The translations under genes were made by a program, and so were the position numbers. Shown one piece after another: positions 42,322-52,737 of a DNA stretch of 61,485 nt. The notes beneath the pieces were generated by a model. It ran no database searches and was not told the origin of the DNA. It saw nothing but the letters and a program-made list of their open reading frames with translations. This DNA comes from a virus. The stretch is from the IMG/VR virus record IMGVR_UViG_3300028031_000002, positions 1 through 61,485 of that record; one strand, 5' to 3'. Within the stretch, counting starts at the first letter, position 1, and each line of letters opens with the position of its first letter.

Positions 42322-43658
42322 TGCCAATCCCTTTTGCACTTTTAGAAGACAATGGCGCGTTAATAATACAAATTGAGTCTATAACAGAACCTATTCTACA
42401 CTATTCTACTCGACCATTGAATATAAAAGATAATTCAGGTAGTTTCATCACGGTTTTTCCCTTTATTAGTGATTATGTAACTATTGGTTATGCTGCACAA
42501 TTGCCTTTGGAGGTTGGTACTTTACCACAACAAAAAGAAAATAGTGGTTTCACTCTAATATATGATACAAGTATATTATATGAAGTAGCTAAATATTATG
42601 GCTCTAAAGTACGTTTTTATGTTGGTAGTATATCAAATACAGAACTTAATCAATTCACATTATTTTATACAGGTTATATTTCTAATGTCAAATTAGGTAC
42701 TAAAGGCGTTAATGTGACACTTTCTAGTAAAAATTTATCGTTTAATAGGCAATTATTAAGAACTTTTAGAGGCTATGATGTGCCTGTTGTAGTAGGATCA
42801 GGAGATAATTTTGGGGGTGTTCCAATTGAGTACGCTGGTAGTACCTACTATGTCGTAAGTGGCGTACCTGTGAACATAACACAAGTTAAAGACAATAAAG
42901 GCAATGGAAAAACATTCAACACTAGTGTTATAGAAGGTGCAACAATATTGGAAGTTACTGAGACAATTGATAGCAGCCCTATTATTACGTGTAGTAATGC
43001 AACCGGTACTATTGCAGATTTACTACAGTTTTTATTACATCATTACGGTTTCTCCGTAAACACCTCAGACATCGCTAATATTAACGCCATATATAATGAA
43101 CAAATAGGAATTCAATTATTTACTCAAATGACTTTGGAAAAGCTATTAAATCTACTCTTACATAGTCTTAATTTAGTGTGGTATATTGACTTTTTAACTG
43201 AGGAAGTCCGTATCAAAGAATTTAAAGCCACCACATCAAATATAACCCTTGATGACACCTCAATTTTATCCACAAACCTTAACTTTATTTATCTATCTCG
43301 TCCATATACATATTTTAAGGTAAATTATGACTTTAATTGGGCAATAGGTGATAATGAAACGTTAGAGCGGGTTAATCCAGTTAATTACCCTGAGCATTTA
43401 AAATCCCGTTATAAAACTATTAATGTACCAATGTCATTAAATGCTGCAACAATTGCGCTTGATAAGGTATATAATAGCTATAAGGGTGGTCTAGGAGTGG
43501 CAACTATTGAAATTAGTGTTACTGCGGGCTATTTCAGCGTGGGTGACACCATTAGAATTGAAAGTAATTTATTTGGCATTAATAGTGACTTTTTTGTGCA
43601 GTCTATGGCATATTCTTTTAAAACACATAGTACAATAGCCACTATAATTACCATTTAA
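42321..43658 (+). CDS. hypothetical tail-module protein (distal tail or hub candidate)
   Basis: 445-aa ORF with a TAATG overlap to the previous gene. Confidence 0.6.
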   Translation: MPIPFALLEDNGALIIQIESITEPILHYSTRPLNIKDNSGSFITVFPFISDYVTIGYAAQLPLEVGTLPQQKENSGFTLIYDTSILYEVAKYYGSKVRFYVGSISNTELNQFTLFYTGYISNVKLGTKGVNVTLSSKNLSFNRQLLRTFRGYDVPVVVGSGDNFGGVPIEYAGSTYYVVSGVPVNITQVKDNKGNGKTFNTSVIEGATILEVTETIDSSPIITCSNATGTIADLLQFLLHHYGFSVNTSDIANINAIYNEQIGIQLFTQMTLEKLLNLLLHSLNLVWYIDFLTEEVRIKEFKATTSNITLDDTSILSTNLNFIYLSRPYTYFKVNYDFNWAIGDNETLERVNPVNYPEHLKSRYKTINVPMSLNAATIALDKVYNSYKGGLGVATIEISVTAGYFSVGDTIRIESNLFGINSDFFVQSMAYSFKTHSTIATIITI

Positions 43659-43680
43659 GATAAACTAAAGGAGGATTAAA

Positions 43681-44532
43681 ATGTTTTCTTTAACTTGGAA
43701 ATTCCATTGCAATGAAACAAATCAAATCGCGGGTATAGGTACTGCGGCTGGTTCAAGTTTAGCATATCTACACAATGATCTAATATGGCAAAAATGGAAC
43801 TCATCACCGGTTGTCGGTCAAAAACAGTTTATTTATGATCTTTCTTTTGATAAAGAAATTGATAACCTAATTATATATAACCATAATTTCGGCATTAGGG
43901 CATCTGTTAAGCTCCGATTAATGGACTCCAATAGTAATATTGTCTTTGATGAAACATGGATCTCAGGACAACTTGGAATTGGTTTTGGTTTAGCTTCATT
44001 TGGCTTAAATGGTTTTGGCGGTCTTTCCTCAACTAATTTAGAAATAAATCCATACAATGTATTTTATAAATTCTTTGATAAAAAAGTAGCTCGTTTTGTG
44101 GAAATTACAGTTGATAATACAGTAGACTCTTTATCTATAGGTTTTATGTCGGTTGGTCAAGCATTTAGTCCAAAAATATGTAGCATAGATGCGTTGGTGG
44201 TGCAATATGAGACATCAAGCACACAAAATATTTCTGTTGAAGGTTCTATTAGTGGTAAACCTTCTATTAGTAGACGTAATTTTAATCTAAAAGCAACATT
44301 ATTTGACTATATTGACACTATGGAATACGTACAATTAATTATTAATCGAAATACTTCTAAAATGGTCTTTTTCACAGCCGTTCACAGTACTACAAATGCG
44401 TCATCAAACGCGCTTATTTTGTCGCAAGTGTCCACCGCTATGTGTTATATAAATAAAAATAACTATCCATCCTATGAAATAGGTCATGGCAACACTTCTA
44501 CAATTAACTTGTCTCTTTTGGAGTCAATTTAA
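43681..44532 (+). CDS. hypothetical tail-module protein
   Basis: 283-aa ORF with an AAAGGAGG RBS. Confidence 0.65.
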   Translation: MFSLTWKFHCNETNQIAGIGTAAGSSLAYLHNDLIWQKWNSSPVVGQKQFIYDLSFDKEIDNLIIYNHNFGIRASVKLRLMDSNSNIVFDETWISGQLGIGFGLASFGLNGFGGLSSTNLEINPYNVFYKFFDKKVARFVEITVDNTVDSLSIGFMSVGQAFSPKICSIDALVVQYETSSTQNISVEGSISGKPSISRRNFNLKATLFDYIDTMEYVQLIINRNTSKMVFFTAVHSTTNASSNALILSQVSTAMCYINKNNYPSYEIGHGNTSTINLSLLESI

Positions 44533-44534
44533 AA

Positions 44535-45353
44535 ATGGAATTCGCAGAGAAAAATAAACCTAAAGTTACTAATGATGTTCTCAAAGAGCTTGAGGCGGCA
44601 CGTGGTTCGTTTGATTACCTTAGACCTAGATTAGATACTGTTGACGCAACTTTAAACGCCCTTAGTGCTAAGTTTAATAATTATGTTACTATTACCAGTC
44701 TTGCAGCAACTTTGACCAATTATGTTACTAATTCCTCATTAACTAACAAATTAATTAATTATGTTACCAATACAGCATTAAATAATACTTTAAATGGTTA
44801 CATTACTAGTAATGGCTTTAATAACACCTTAAATAATTATAGTACTACAGCTTCAATTGCGTCCACATATTTGACTCAAACAGCAGCACAAGCGGCTTTA
44901 GCCAATTATAGTACTACTAATGATATTGCAGCCACTTATAGTACTACCTTAGATATTGCAGCCAATTACAGTACCACAGCGGAAATTACAACCGCTTTTT
45001 CCTTTTTTATGACATCAAGCAATATTGCTGCTACATATCTGACTAAAGCTGACGCTCAAGCAGCTTTAAGCAACTACAGTACTACTGCAATAATCGCATC
45101 CACATATGCAACAAAAGCCTCGTTAGCCACTTATAGTACTACAGCGTCAATTGCGTCCGTATACTTGACTCAAACAGCAGCGCAAGCGGCTTTAGCCAAT
45201 TATAGTACCTCATCACATATTGTAGCCACATATGCAACTAAAGCGCAGTTAAATAATTATGTTACCAACACTACATTTAATAACACTTTGGCTACATATA
45301 CAACATTAGCAACCTTGGATGCCGTATTGGCTAAATATGGTTTGTCAAGATAA
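44535..45353 (+). CDS. tail fibre protein with short periodic repeats
   Basis: Repeated NYVTN / NYSTT...IA.TY units and a 75-nt internal direct repeat (44841..44915 and 45135..45209). Confidence 0.65.
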   Translation: MEFAEKNKPKVTNDVLKELEAARGSFDYLRPRLDTVDATLNALSAKFNNYVTITSLAATLTNYVTNSSLTNKLINYVTNTALNNTLNGYITSNGFNNTLNNYSTTASIASTYLTQTAAQAALANYSTTNDIAATYSTTLDIAANYSTTAEITTAFSFFMTSSNIAATYLTKADAQAALSNYSTTAIIASTYATKASLATYSTTASIASVYLTQTAAQAALANYSTSSHIVATYATKAQLNNYVTNTTFNNTLATYTTLATLDAVLAKYGLSR

Positions 45354-45375
45354 TGAACAATCAAAGGGCTTTTCG

Positions 45376-45562
45376 CTAGATGGTAATTCTTTGACATGTG
45401 CTTATATATTATAGTCTTTGTCAATAGAATGGGCTTCCACACAAGTTGCCTCAACCGCGCTATTGCCTAGCCCTTTGATAGTATCATTCTACCGTTGCTA
45501 TAATTTTGATTAAAATAAAACTCCAAAAGTGCCTTATTATCCTTTAGACTCAATGAGTTACA
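45376..45562 (+). repeat. 176-bp intergenic element, copy F7 (long-loop subfamily)
   Basis: Carries the longer variable insert ...ttgcctcaaccgcgctattgcctagccc, which is shared only with R6. Confidence 0.9.
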
Positions 45563-45646
45563 TTATTTGAGTTTTATTTAAGCTGTTTTTTATAATGGAA
45601 GCTTTTATGTTATTGAATTTATTACATTTTAAGGGAAAATAAAATT

Positions 45647-48600
45647 ATGCCTAGATATACTATTAAAGTAGAATCTGATTTTAGAGCGTTCAAAACCGAT
45701 ACAACAAACGCAAAAAAAAGCATTGAGAATCTACAAAAGAAAATTAAAGAACATATCAGCACACCAGTTGATGCAAATACTGATCAGGCAACGAGGAAAT
45801 TCAGTAAATTTAGAGCATTGTTAAAAAAAGCTCATAAAATTCATGTTGATGTACATGCAAATTATGATGGAAAATTAAAAGATCTTGTTGATGACCGCCT
45901 TAAAAATCGTAATATTGGACTTGTTATTGGCTCTAAACCGGATATAATAGCGAAAAAAATAATGTCTGGCGTATTTAGTTCACAAGTATGGAAAATTACG
46001 GCTAAAGTAGCAGGAGCGGCTGTCATAGAAGGTGCTGAAATGGCTTTTAAAGCCGCCAAACGCGCCGCCATTGGTATGGGAAATAGTGTAAGGCGTGCTA
46101 AAGATTTTATTACGGGCTTTAATGTGCAATTACGTATCACAGAACGCGGCATTAATTTTATTGCACGGGGTTCTGGCGCAATGGGTACCGCAATTTCTTA
46201 TATCGGTGTTGATAGCGCAAATACTTTTATTGGTCTTAATCATCAAATTAATCGTACTATTGCACGCACTGGCGAAGCTGTTGAACAATATGAAGCACTT
46301 AAAAACTCCATTATAAAGTTGGCAGGTGAGACATCAATGTCTGCAAAACAGTTGGCTGATGGTGCGGATTTATTTGCTCTTGCTGGGTTCAAAACAAAAG
46401 AACTTATTGAGATAATGCCTACTCTTACAAGCTTAGTTATTAACTCCGGTGAAAGTATGACAGAAGTTGCAAGCCGTACTAGTGACTCTATCAAAGCGTG
46501 GAATTTGGACATGAAGCTAGTAGTTGCTACTGGTGATCGGATGACATCTGGTATGTCCAATGCGAAAACTTCTGTAGCATTGTTAGGTCATGGTATGTCC
46601 TCCACTAATTCTATATTCAAGAGTGCCGGACAAGGTATGAGCGCGTTAATAGCGCAATTACAGGTCATGAGTGATAGGGGAATTAGAACTACGGTAGCAG
46701 GTAATGCACTAAAAACTATTATAGCACGCTTAGTAGCACCTTCAAAAGAAGCCGGTATATGGCTATCTAGGCTTGGTGTTGACGTTGCTGAAGTAGGTGA
46801 AACTAGTAAAACCTTTGCCGTGCAGCTACAAGCCGTTAAAGATTCTATGATTGCACAAAAACAAGCTGTTGAAGACCTTTATCAAGGATATAAAAACGGT
46901 CAATCTCTTGATGCCTTTGAAGCGCAATTAAATAAACTTGGTATTACCATACGTAAATCCGATGGATCGTTAATATCGTACAAAAAAGCCATTTATAGGC
47001 TCCAAGTTGCCCATGGCAAAGCACTTTCTACTGAACAAGAGGCTACAGGTTCTATTGAGAAGTTTGGTAAAGCATCTATAAAAAGCTATGCAATGTTGAA
47101 AAAGCTTGGGTTTGAAGTCAAGGCGGCTAGCGGTAAATTACGCCCTTTAAATGATGTGGTATTGCAATTATCAAAGTCTTTTGAAGGTCTTGACGAGTCT
47201 GAACGTATTGCAGCAGCCGCTGCTATTGCAGGTAAATTGCACGCCTCAAAGTTCTTGGCTTGGCTTGATGGTGCTAAAATATCCTCACAACAATTTAAGT
47301 TTCTCGGAGAAGCAATTAAATTTACCACTTCAGAACTTGAAGCCCAAACATACCGACAAGATATTGCCACCACCCATGGACAAGAATTTGTTTTATATCT
47401 TAAAAGCTTGGGAAATTCTTATAAGAACACTATGGTACCGGTCAATAGATATACTGTTGCAATCGATCAAAACAGTAAGCAAATTATAGCTGCTACCGGA
47501 AGCACTAAAAACTTCTTAGGACTAGTTAAACGCTTTAAAACACCTGTTAATAGTTGGGAACAAGCAATTAATAGTGCCACAAAAGCCGTTAAAAATATGG
47601 GTTCTGGAAGCGATAAACTTAGTTTAACTCTCACTAAACTCGGCACCAAAGTTAAATTTGATAATATCAATGACCAATTAAATGAGCTTAAAAGACACTT
47701 AATATTGGCTACGGATGACCAACCAGTCAAAGACATTATCAGCATTATGGGTAATGAGATGGGACAAGCTTTTATTGCAGCAGCACATAAATCAAGCACG
47801 TTTAGTGATAAAGTATCCAAAAGCTTTAATGGTACGGTGGGTGCGGCTAAATCCATGCAGGGCAAGATTGAAGGCACTACTAATCATATGTTGGATGTAA
47901 TGATTAGTTCATGGAACTCCGCAATGTTCAAAGTTGGTGAATCCATGAAACCTATTTTGGATAAATTATTTCAATTAGGCACAGCAGCCGCACAAGCTTT
48001 AGGTGAAGTGTTGCCACCAATGATTGCTAAATTGTCAACTTATTTTGATGGCTTTAATGTTTCTGTTGAAGGTATGAAACACAAAATTACCAGCTTTTTT
48101 AGAATAATTGGTGGTATTTTTGAAATGGTATTTAATCTGTTTGGTGCGTTTATTGATAAATTAGGCGAAATGGGATTGACTGCGGAACTCGTTTTCAGCA
48201 AAATAGCATCTTTTTTGGGTGGTATGATTGATTCTTTCGGTTATGTAATCAAAACATTAGATTTCTTTGGTATAATGTCTGATGAAACCGCCGAAAAGAC
48301 TTTAGCAGCTTTTGAGTCTCTCAAAGATGGTATTAAAAGTTCTACTTCAGCCATTGCTAAATCTATTGATGACTCTAATACTCTAATAGCTAAATCAGAG
48401 ACCGAAATGGCATCAGATAGCGCGTTGGCGGTACTTGGTATGACCGATGAGATTTCACAATCTTTTGAGAATATGCGGGTAGCAACACAAAAGTCTTCTG
48501 TAGATATGTCGAAGTTCGTATTTGATGAGCATTCTTCAATGACTAAAGAAGCTCAAGAGCTGCAATTTGCATTTGCGGAAGCCATAACACAAACATATTC

Positions 48601-50062
48601 AAGTATGACTACAGGGGTATCTAAGGAAACCGAAAAGATGGCTACAAATGTTACTACGGATCTAAAACAAATGGTAACTAACGTCAGTGACAGCACCTCT
48701 AATATGAATACTAATGTAACACACGACGTTGTCGAAATGGGGCAACAAGTTGTTGCAACAACTGGTGAAATGCGCACCAATGTAGTTACTAATATTGCGG
48801 AAATGTCTGAAGGTTCCATAAATAATAGTGCATGGATGGCTACCGATGTTACATCAAACGCATTTCAAATGAACCATAACGTGGTATCAGAGTCCTCTCA
48901 AATGGCAACTAATGTGACTTCCAATGTTTCTACTATGGAAGAACGAGTTAGACAATCTACAGCAAGTATGGCTCAAACAGTTACTAAAGAAGCAATTGAC
49001 ATGCAATTTGGGGTCGTTCAAGCAACTGGAAAAATGGCCAGTAAAGTTGCTGTTGATGTAAACCAAATGCGGACTATTGCAGAAAATGAGATTAAAACTT
49101 TATCCACAAATGCAATTGCGTATACGGTACAAATGGGAAATGGTGTTATGAATACCATTATACAAATGTCAGATGGCTCAATGCGTGCCATAACAGACTT
49201 TGGGGATGCTATAGAAGTTGATATGGGTAATACCGCGGTAAATGTTGAAGTCATAACTAGACAATTAAAAGATGGTGTAGTTGCAAACTTCATTAAGTTA
49301 AAAGATGGCACATTAGTTGCCATTGGGGGTATGAGTGAATCATTTACCGCGCAGATGACAAATATGCAAATAAATGGTTACAATAAAAGTGTAGAAATGG
49401 AGCGCGGCGTTAGTTCTGCAATAGGTACGATGAGAACTAACGCGGTTTCTCAAGTGCAAAATATGGGTGCAGCAATGACGAGTTCATTTAATCAAACTAA
49501 AACTCAAATGATTCAAACAGCCGCAGAAATAGCACAAGTTAGAGCTACAGCAACAATAGAGCCATCGAAGCGTACTGAACAAAGTATTTCTATTGGACAA
49601 TCTCTTGGCGGTGGTATTATGAACGAAAGTTCAAACTCAATTGGAGACTTTATGGAGTCTAAAACTGAGGTGGAAAAAATGATGCAAAATAATTCAAGTA
49701 ATTCAGGTGGATTTCTAGCTTCAGTTAATAGTGGTACTTGGTACACACCACCGGAAATAGCCGAGTATGTACAAGATAAAAATGATCGTGAATCTGGTAT
49801 TTCTAGTAGTGGCACATTAGGTGCAAGAAGTAGCGGTCTCACTAATGTATATTCAGGTGATTCACTATCACGCGATTATACTTCATATTGGATTGCCTTA
49901 CAAAAATCTCATCCGGAACGTTATAAAGAGTATACAGATGGTACGGGTCATACTGCTAATGCAGCGGAGGCAAAGGCTTGGCAGGAACAACTATTGTTAC
50001 AATCAAAGGAGCAGACAAGCGCAATTAAAAGTAAAAACGATCTGGCTGCACCCATATATTAG
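45647..50062 (+). CDS. tail tape measure protein
   Basis: 1471 aa. The N-terminal third has the tape-measure core pattern (AGETSMSAKQLADGADLFALAGFKTKELIEIMPTLTSL...). The central part has degenerate M.TNVT repeats. Confidence 0.85.
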   Translation: MPRYTIKVESDFRAFKTDTTNAKKSIENLQKKIKEHISTPVDANTDQATRKFSKFRALLKKAHKIHVDVHANYDGKLKDLVDDRLKNRNIGLVIGSKPDIIAKKIMSGVFSSQVWKITAKVAGAAVIEGAEMAFKAAKRAAIGMGNSVRRAKDFITGFNVQLRITERGINFIARGSGAMGTAISYIGVDSANTFIGLNHQINRTIARTGEAVEQYEALKNSIIKLAGETSMSAKQLADGADLFALAGFKTKELIEIMPTLTSLVINSGESMTEVASRTSDSIKAWNLDMKLVVATGDRMTSGMSNAKTSVALLGHGMSSTNSIFKSAGQGMSALIAQLQVMSDRGIRTTVAGNALKTIIARLVAPSKEAGIWLSRLGVDVAEVGETSKTFAVQLQAVKDSMIAQKQAVEDLYQGYKNGQSLDAFEAQLNKLGITIRKSDGSLISYKKAIYRLQVAHGKALSTEQEATGSIEKFGKASIKSYAMLKKLGFEVKAASGKLRPLNDVVLQLSKSFEGLDESERIAAAAAIAGKLHASKFLAWLDGAKISSQQFKFLGEAIKFTTSELEAQTYRQDIATTHGQEFVLYLKSLGNSYKNTMVPVNRYTVAIDQNSKQIIAATGSTKNFLGLVKRFKTPVNSWEQAINSATKAVKNMGSGSDKLSLTLTKLGTKVKFDNINDQLNELKRHLILATDDQPVKDIISIMGNEMGQAFIAAAHKSSTFSDKVSKSFNGTVGAAKSMQGKIEGTTNHMLDVMISSWNSAMFKVGESMKPILDKLFQLGTAAAQALGEVLPPMIAKLSTYFDGFNVSVEGMKHKITSFFRIIGGIFEMVFNLFGAFIDKLGEMGLTAELVFSKIASFLGGMIDSFGYVIKTLDFFGIMSDETAEKTLAAFESLKDGIKSSTSAIAKSIDDSNTLIAKSETEMASDSALAVLGMTDEISQSFENMRVATQKSSVDMSKFVFDEHSSMTKEAQELQFAFAEAITQTYSSMTTGVSKETEKMATNVTTDLKQMVTNVSDSTSNMNTNVTHDVVEMGQQVVATTGEMRTNVVTNIAEMSEGSINNSAWMATDVTSNAFQMNHNVVSESSQMATNVTSNVSTMEERVRQSTASMAQTVTKEAIDMQFGVVQATGKMASKVAVDVNQMRTIAENEIKTLSTNAIAYTVQMGNGVMNTIIQMSDGSMRAITDFGDAIEVDMGNTAVNVEVITRQLKDGVVANFIKLKDGTLVAIGGMSESFTAQMTNMQINGYNKSVEMERGVSSAIGTMRTNAVSQVQNMGAAMTSSFNQTKTQMIQTAAEIAQVRATATIEPSKRTEQSISIGQSLGGGIMNESSNSIGDFMESKTEVEKMMQNNSSNSGGFLASVNSGTWYTPPEIAEYVQDKNDRESGISSSGTLGARSSGLTNVYSGDSLSRDYTSYWIALQKSHPERYKEYTDGTGHTANAAEAKAWQEQLLLQSKEQTSAIKSKNDLAAPIY

Positions 50063-50239
50063 CTAGATGGTAATTCTTTGACAGGTGCTTATATATTATA
50101 GTATCTGTCAATAGAATGGGCTTCCGCGCCAATTGAGTTTTTTTAAGCCCTTTGATAGTACCGTTCTGCTGTTGCTAAAGCTTTGATAAAACCAAAACTT
50201 CAAAAGTGCCTTTTTGTCCTTTAGATTCAACTAGTTACA
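50063..50239 (+). repeat. 176-bp intergenic element, copy F8
   Basis: Begins right after the tape-measure TAG (50060..50062). No downstream ORF before hairpin 50332..50368. Confidence 0.9.
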
Positions 50240-50331
50240 ATATTTATGATTTTTAAATTTAGTTTTTTATAATGGAAACTTACAAGTGCTTGATTAAATT
50301 ACTAAAATAGGTTATTTTTTTTAAAAAAAAA

Positions 50332-50368
50332 GCTGTATCAGTAGTGCAAAATGTTCTACTGATACAGC
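50332..50368. terminator. bidirectional terminator at the convergent junction
   Basis: Perfect 13-bp stem gctgtatcagtag / ctactgatacagc. A T8A9 run lies on one side, giving a T run on the minus strand, and ccctttatt lies on the other. Confidence 0.8.
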
Positions 50369-50377
50369 CCTTTATTC

Positions 50378-50590
50378 TCAGCTCAATAATTTTCTAAGCT
50401 CTATCATTAAGTCCTCGTTCTGTTTTTTGTCAATATTGGCAAGTCTTCGCGCCCGCTCTATTTCTTCTTTATTATCTATATATGATCTAATTTGTGCCAA
50501 TGATGCACCAACTAACTCTTGTCTATAATTTGCAATATAGCTTGGTGTAAAACCCTTTAGCAACATTTCTTCTAAAATCTCAATATTCAT
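50378..50590 (-). CDS. hypothetical protein
   Basis: 70-aa ORF, last gene before the bidirectional terminator. Confidence 0.55.
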   Translation of the reverse strand: MNIEILEEMLLKGFTPSYIANYRQELVGASLAQIRSYIDNKEEIERARRLANIDKKQNEDLMIELRKLLS

Positions 50591-50602
50591 AATTAAAGTT
50601 AC

Positions 50603-51190
50603 CTAGTAAGTTAGTTTAAATTGTATTATACTGCTTTTTAATAGTTCTTTTTTGGCTTCTTCAAACGTTACTTTAAAAACTTCAGTGCTGTAACTAGTAC
50701 GAATTCTGTTTTTCATGAAAACTTTATGTAAATGCCGTTCAAGCTCTTGTGTACCCTCTATGTAATAGATAGCACCTAAATTAGCTTTAAAGCTCTTTAT
50801 GCGCTGTTGTGGATGTTCTGAAATGCCTATTTTTACCGCACAAAGATCTAAATCCTCAAATATATATACATATTTAGTACCTAAATTTAATTCGCATTTC
50901 AATATATCAGCTAAAATACTCATACTGTATTTAGTATTTGCCCGTATTACCACGCGCTTCAGTTGTGCCTCTGCCGTAATTAATTTGGTGTTTTTATGTA
51001 AACGTTGTTTATGTGGCTTTAACGTCTTCCGCAGTTCCCCATATGTTTTTGCTTCCGGTACTATAATGCCAAGAGCATTTGAGGCTTTTGTGTATCCCAA
51101 TTGTTTTGAAATATCATTCATCACAAAATAAATCTCATTTGATTTACTAGTCATGTATCTGGGACTATCAAAGTATTTTAATAAAGTCAT
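50603..51190 (-). CDS. Bro-N-like plus T5orf172 (GIY-YIG-related) domain protein
   Basis: N-terminal SNEIYFVMNDISKQLGY. C-terminal YVYIFED...VKIGISEHPQQRIKSF...LERHLHKVF...EVFKV fits the T5orf172 pattern. Confidence 0.6.
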   Translation of the reverse strand: MTLLKYFDSPRYMTSKSNEIYFVMNDISKQLGYTKASNALGIIVPEAKTYGELRKTLKPHKQRLHKNTKLITAEAQLKRVVIRANTKYSMSILADILKCELNLGTKYVYIFEDLDLCAVKIGISEHPQQRIKSFKANLGAIYYIEGTQELERHLHKVFMKNRIRTSYSTEVFKVTFEEAKKELLKSSIIQFKLTY

Positions 51191-51312
51191 TATAATTTAT
51201 GGTCCTTTACTATTGCACTTTAACGTGCAATAAAAGAATTGTCACCAAGGAAATGTGTAAATAGCGGTTAAAAATAACATTATCGCAATTATCGCAACTA
51301 AAAACATCATAA

Positions 51313-51660
51313 TTATAGCCCTACAATAGTACTTAATTTGGCTTTTATCTCTTCTAGGCTTATTGTGGCTACATTAGAAACCGCACCATAGTCTACTAAA
51401 TACGCTATAACTAACTCGTTAAAGCTCTTTTTTAGCTCTAAATCTGACTCATTAACGTCTATTACACTCATTAATTCTCTTCTAATTTGTGCTTTGTCGT
51501 AGACATTATCTATATTAAATAAACTACCTAACAGTTCATTCAGACAATCGTGCTGAAGTTCAAAAAGCTTTGGTGTTGCAGCTAGTTTCATTCTACTATC
51601 TTGACCACCAATTATTGCCATATAGCTGTCATTATTAAAATGCACTTTATTGTTTTTCAT
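51313..51660 (-). CDS. hypothetical protein
   Basis: 115-aa ORF. Confidence 0.55.
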   Translation of the reverse strand: MKNNKVHFNNDSYMAIIGGQDSRMKLAATPKLFELQHDCLNELLGSLFNIDNVYDKAQIRRELMSVIDVNESDLELKKSFNELVIAYLVDYGAVSNVATISLEEIKAKLSTIVGL

Positions 51661-52121
51661 TATGTTGTTCCTAAGTTAAATTTATAAAAAGTCAGTAAAT
51701 TCAAAATTACCCATGTTTCATTTTCAGCATTGGTAACCACATATTGTTTTTCCGTAAGAAATCGTTTTAATACAGTTATTCTAGCTCCTTTAGAGCAACT
51801 GCTAAAGTTATTTAATAACTCGGTAAAGTTTTTAGTATTAAAAGCTTTTGAAGCCATTTCAAATGCTTTTTTAGTGCTTAAATTAGGTAACATAAGTACT
51901 AAATATTTTATACTACTTCTCTCAGCACAATGAAGTGCAAATCGGTTACTTAATAATACCTTTTTGACCTGTTTTTGAGAAAGTAACTTATTGTGTGTCA
52001 TTTTACGCCATTCTTGTTCGCGCTTGAAGTAACTTGTTATATTGAAATAACCATTGTCAGTATTTAAATCAATATAGGTATTGCCATAAGTTAGTTGTAA
52101 TATGCTCATTATAGTCTCCAA
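51660..52121 (-). CDS. hypothetical protein (weak KilA-N-like features)
   Basis: 153-aa ORF with a GGAGA RBS. YFNITSYFK and ETWVILNLLTFYKFNL are only loosely KilA-N-like. Confidence 0.55.
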   Translation of the reverse strand: METIMSILQLTYGNTYIDLNTDNGYFNITSYFKREQEWRKMTHNKLLSQKQVKKVLLSNRFALHCAERSSIKYLVLMLPNLSTKKAFEMASKAFNTKNFTELLNNFSSCSKGARITVLKRFLTEKQYVVTNAENETWVILNLLTFYKFNLGTT

Positions 52122-52146
52122 AAAGCCACTTTATTATGGCTTTTTC

Positions 52147-52737
52147 TTATTTTGTTGGGTAAACTTGTGCTTTATTGCCTAGTATTACTGGCAAAGTTAG
52201 TTCGTCGTAGTTCTTTTTTATTATTATTATTGAACCTGTTATTGATACGCCCATTCCCTCACTAAACTTGTCAACTAAAGTCAACACCTCGCACATTTTA
52301 GCCTTTATTTCACCTAAATCGTAATCAGACACTAAAGACGCTTCTGTGCTGATAAAAATTAATTTAACGTGTTTAGGTGCAACACCATCATTCAATATAG
52401 TACCGATAATGTACTTTATTAGTTGATCCGGTTCTGTACTATTGAAATATCCATAATTTGACTTTAGCTCAATCAAAAACTGATCATTGTTACTATTAAT
52501 TAGTTGAATATCCGCGCGTCCTCTTGAACCACATTTGCATCGAATACCATTCCGCATAAATACGGTATCTCTAATATGTTCAATTCCATATACAGCCAAT
52601 GTATCCATCATTTTAGTCGTTATTTTGAATCTATACATTGATTCAAGTGCCACATTATATTTTCCGGATTCGCTTAGAATGTCATCAAATAGACCTTGAT
52701 AGAATCCTTCAGGCTTTGGATTAGTTGATATTTGCAT
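52147..52737 (-). CDS. PD-(D/E)XK-type nuclease
   Basis: GRADIQLI...(12 aa)...FLIELKS fits the D...E-x-K core. Confidence 0.5.
   Translation of the reverse strand: MQISTNPKPEGFYQGLFDDILSESGKYNVALESMYRFKITTKMMDTLAVYGIEHIRDTVFMRNGIRCKCGSRGRADIQLINSNNDQFLIELKSNYGYFNSTEPDQLIKYIIGTILNDGVAPKHVKLIFISTEASLVSDYDLGEIKAKMCEVLTLVDKFSEGMGVSITGSIIIIKKNYDELTLPVILGNKAQVYPTK

Noticed and set aside
44841-45209. 75-nt direct repeat within the fibre gene considered as a DGR template/variable repeat pair
   Set aside because: No reverse transcriptase is present anywhere in the genome. The differences between the copies are not restricted to adenines. It is simply an internal repeat of a periodic fibre protein.
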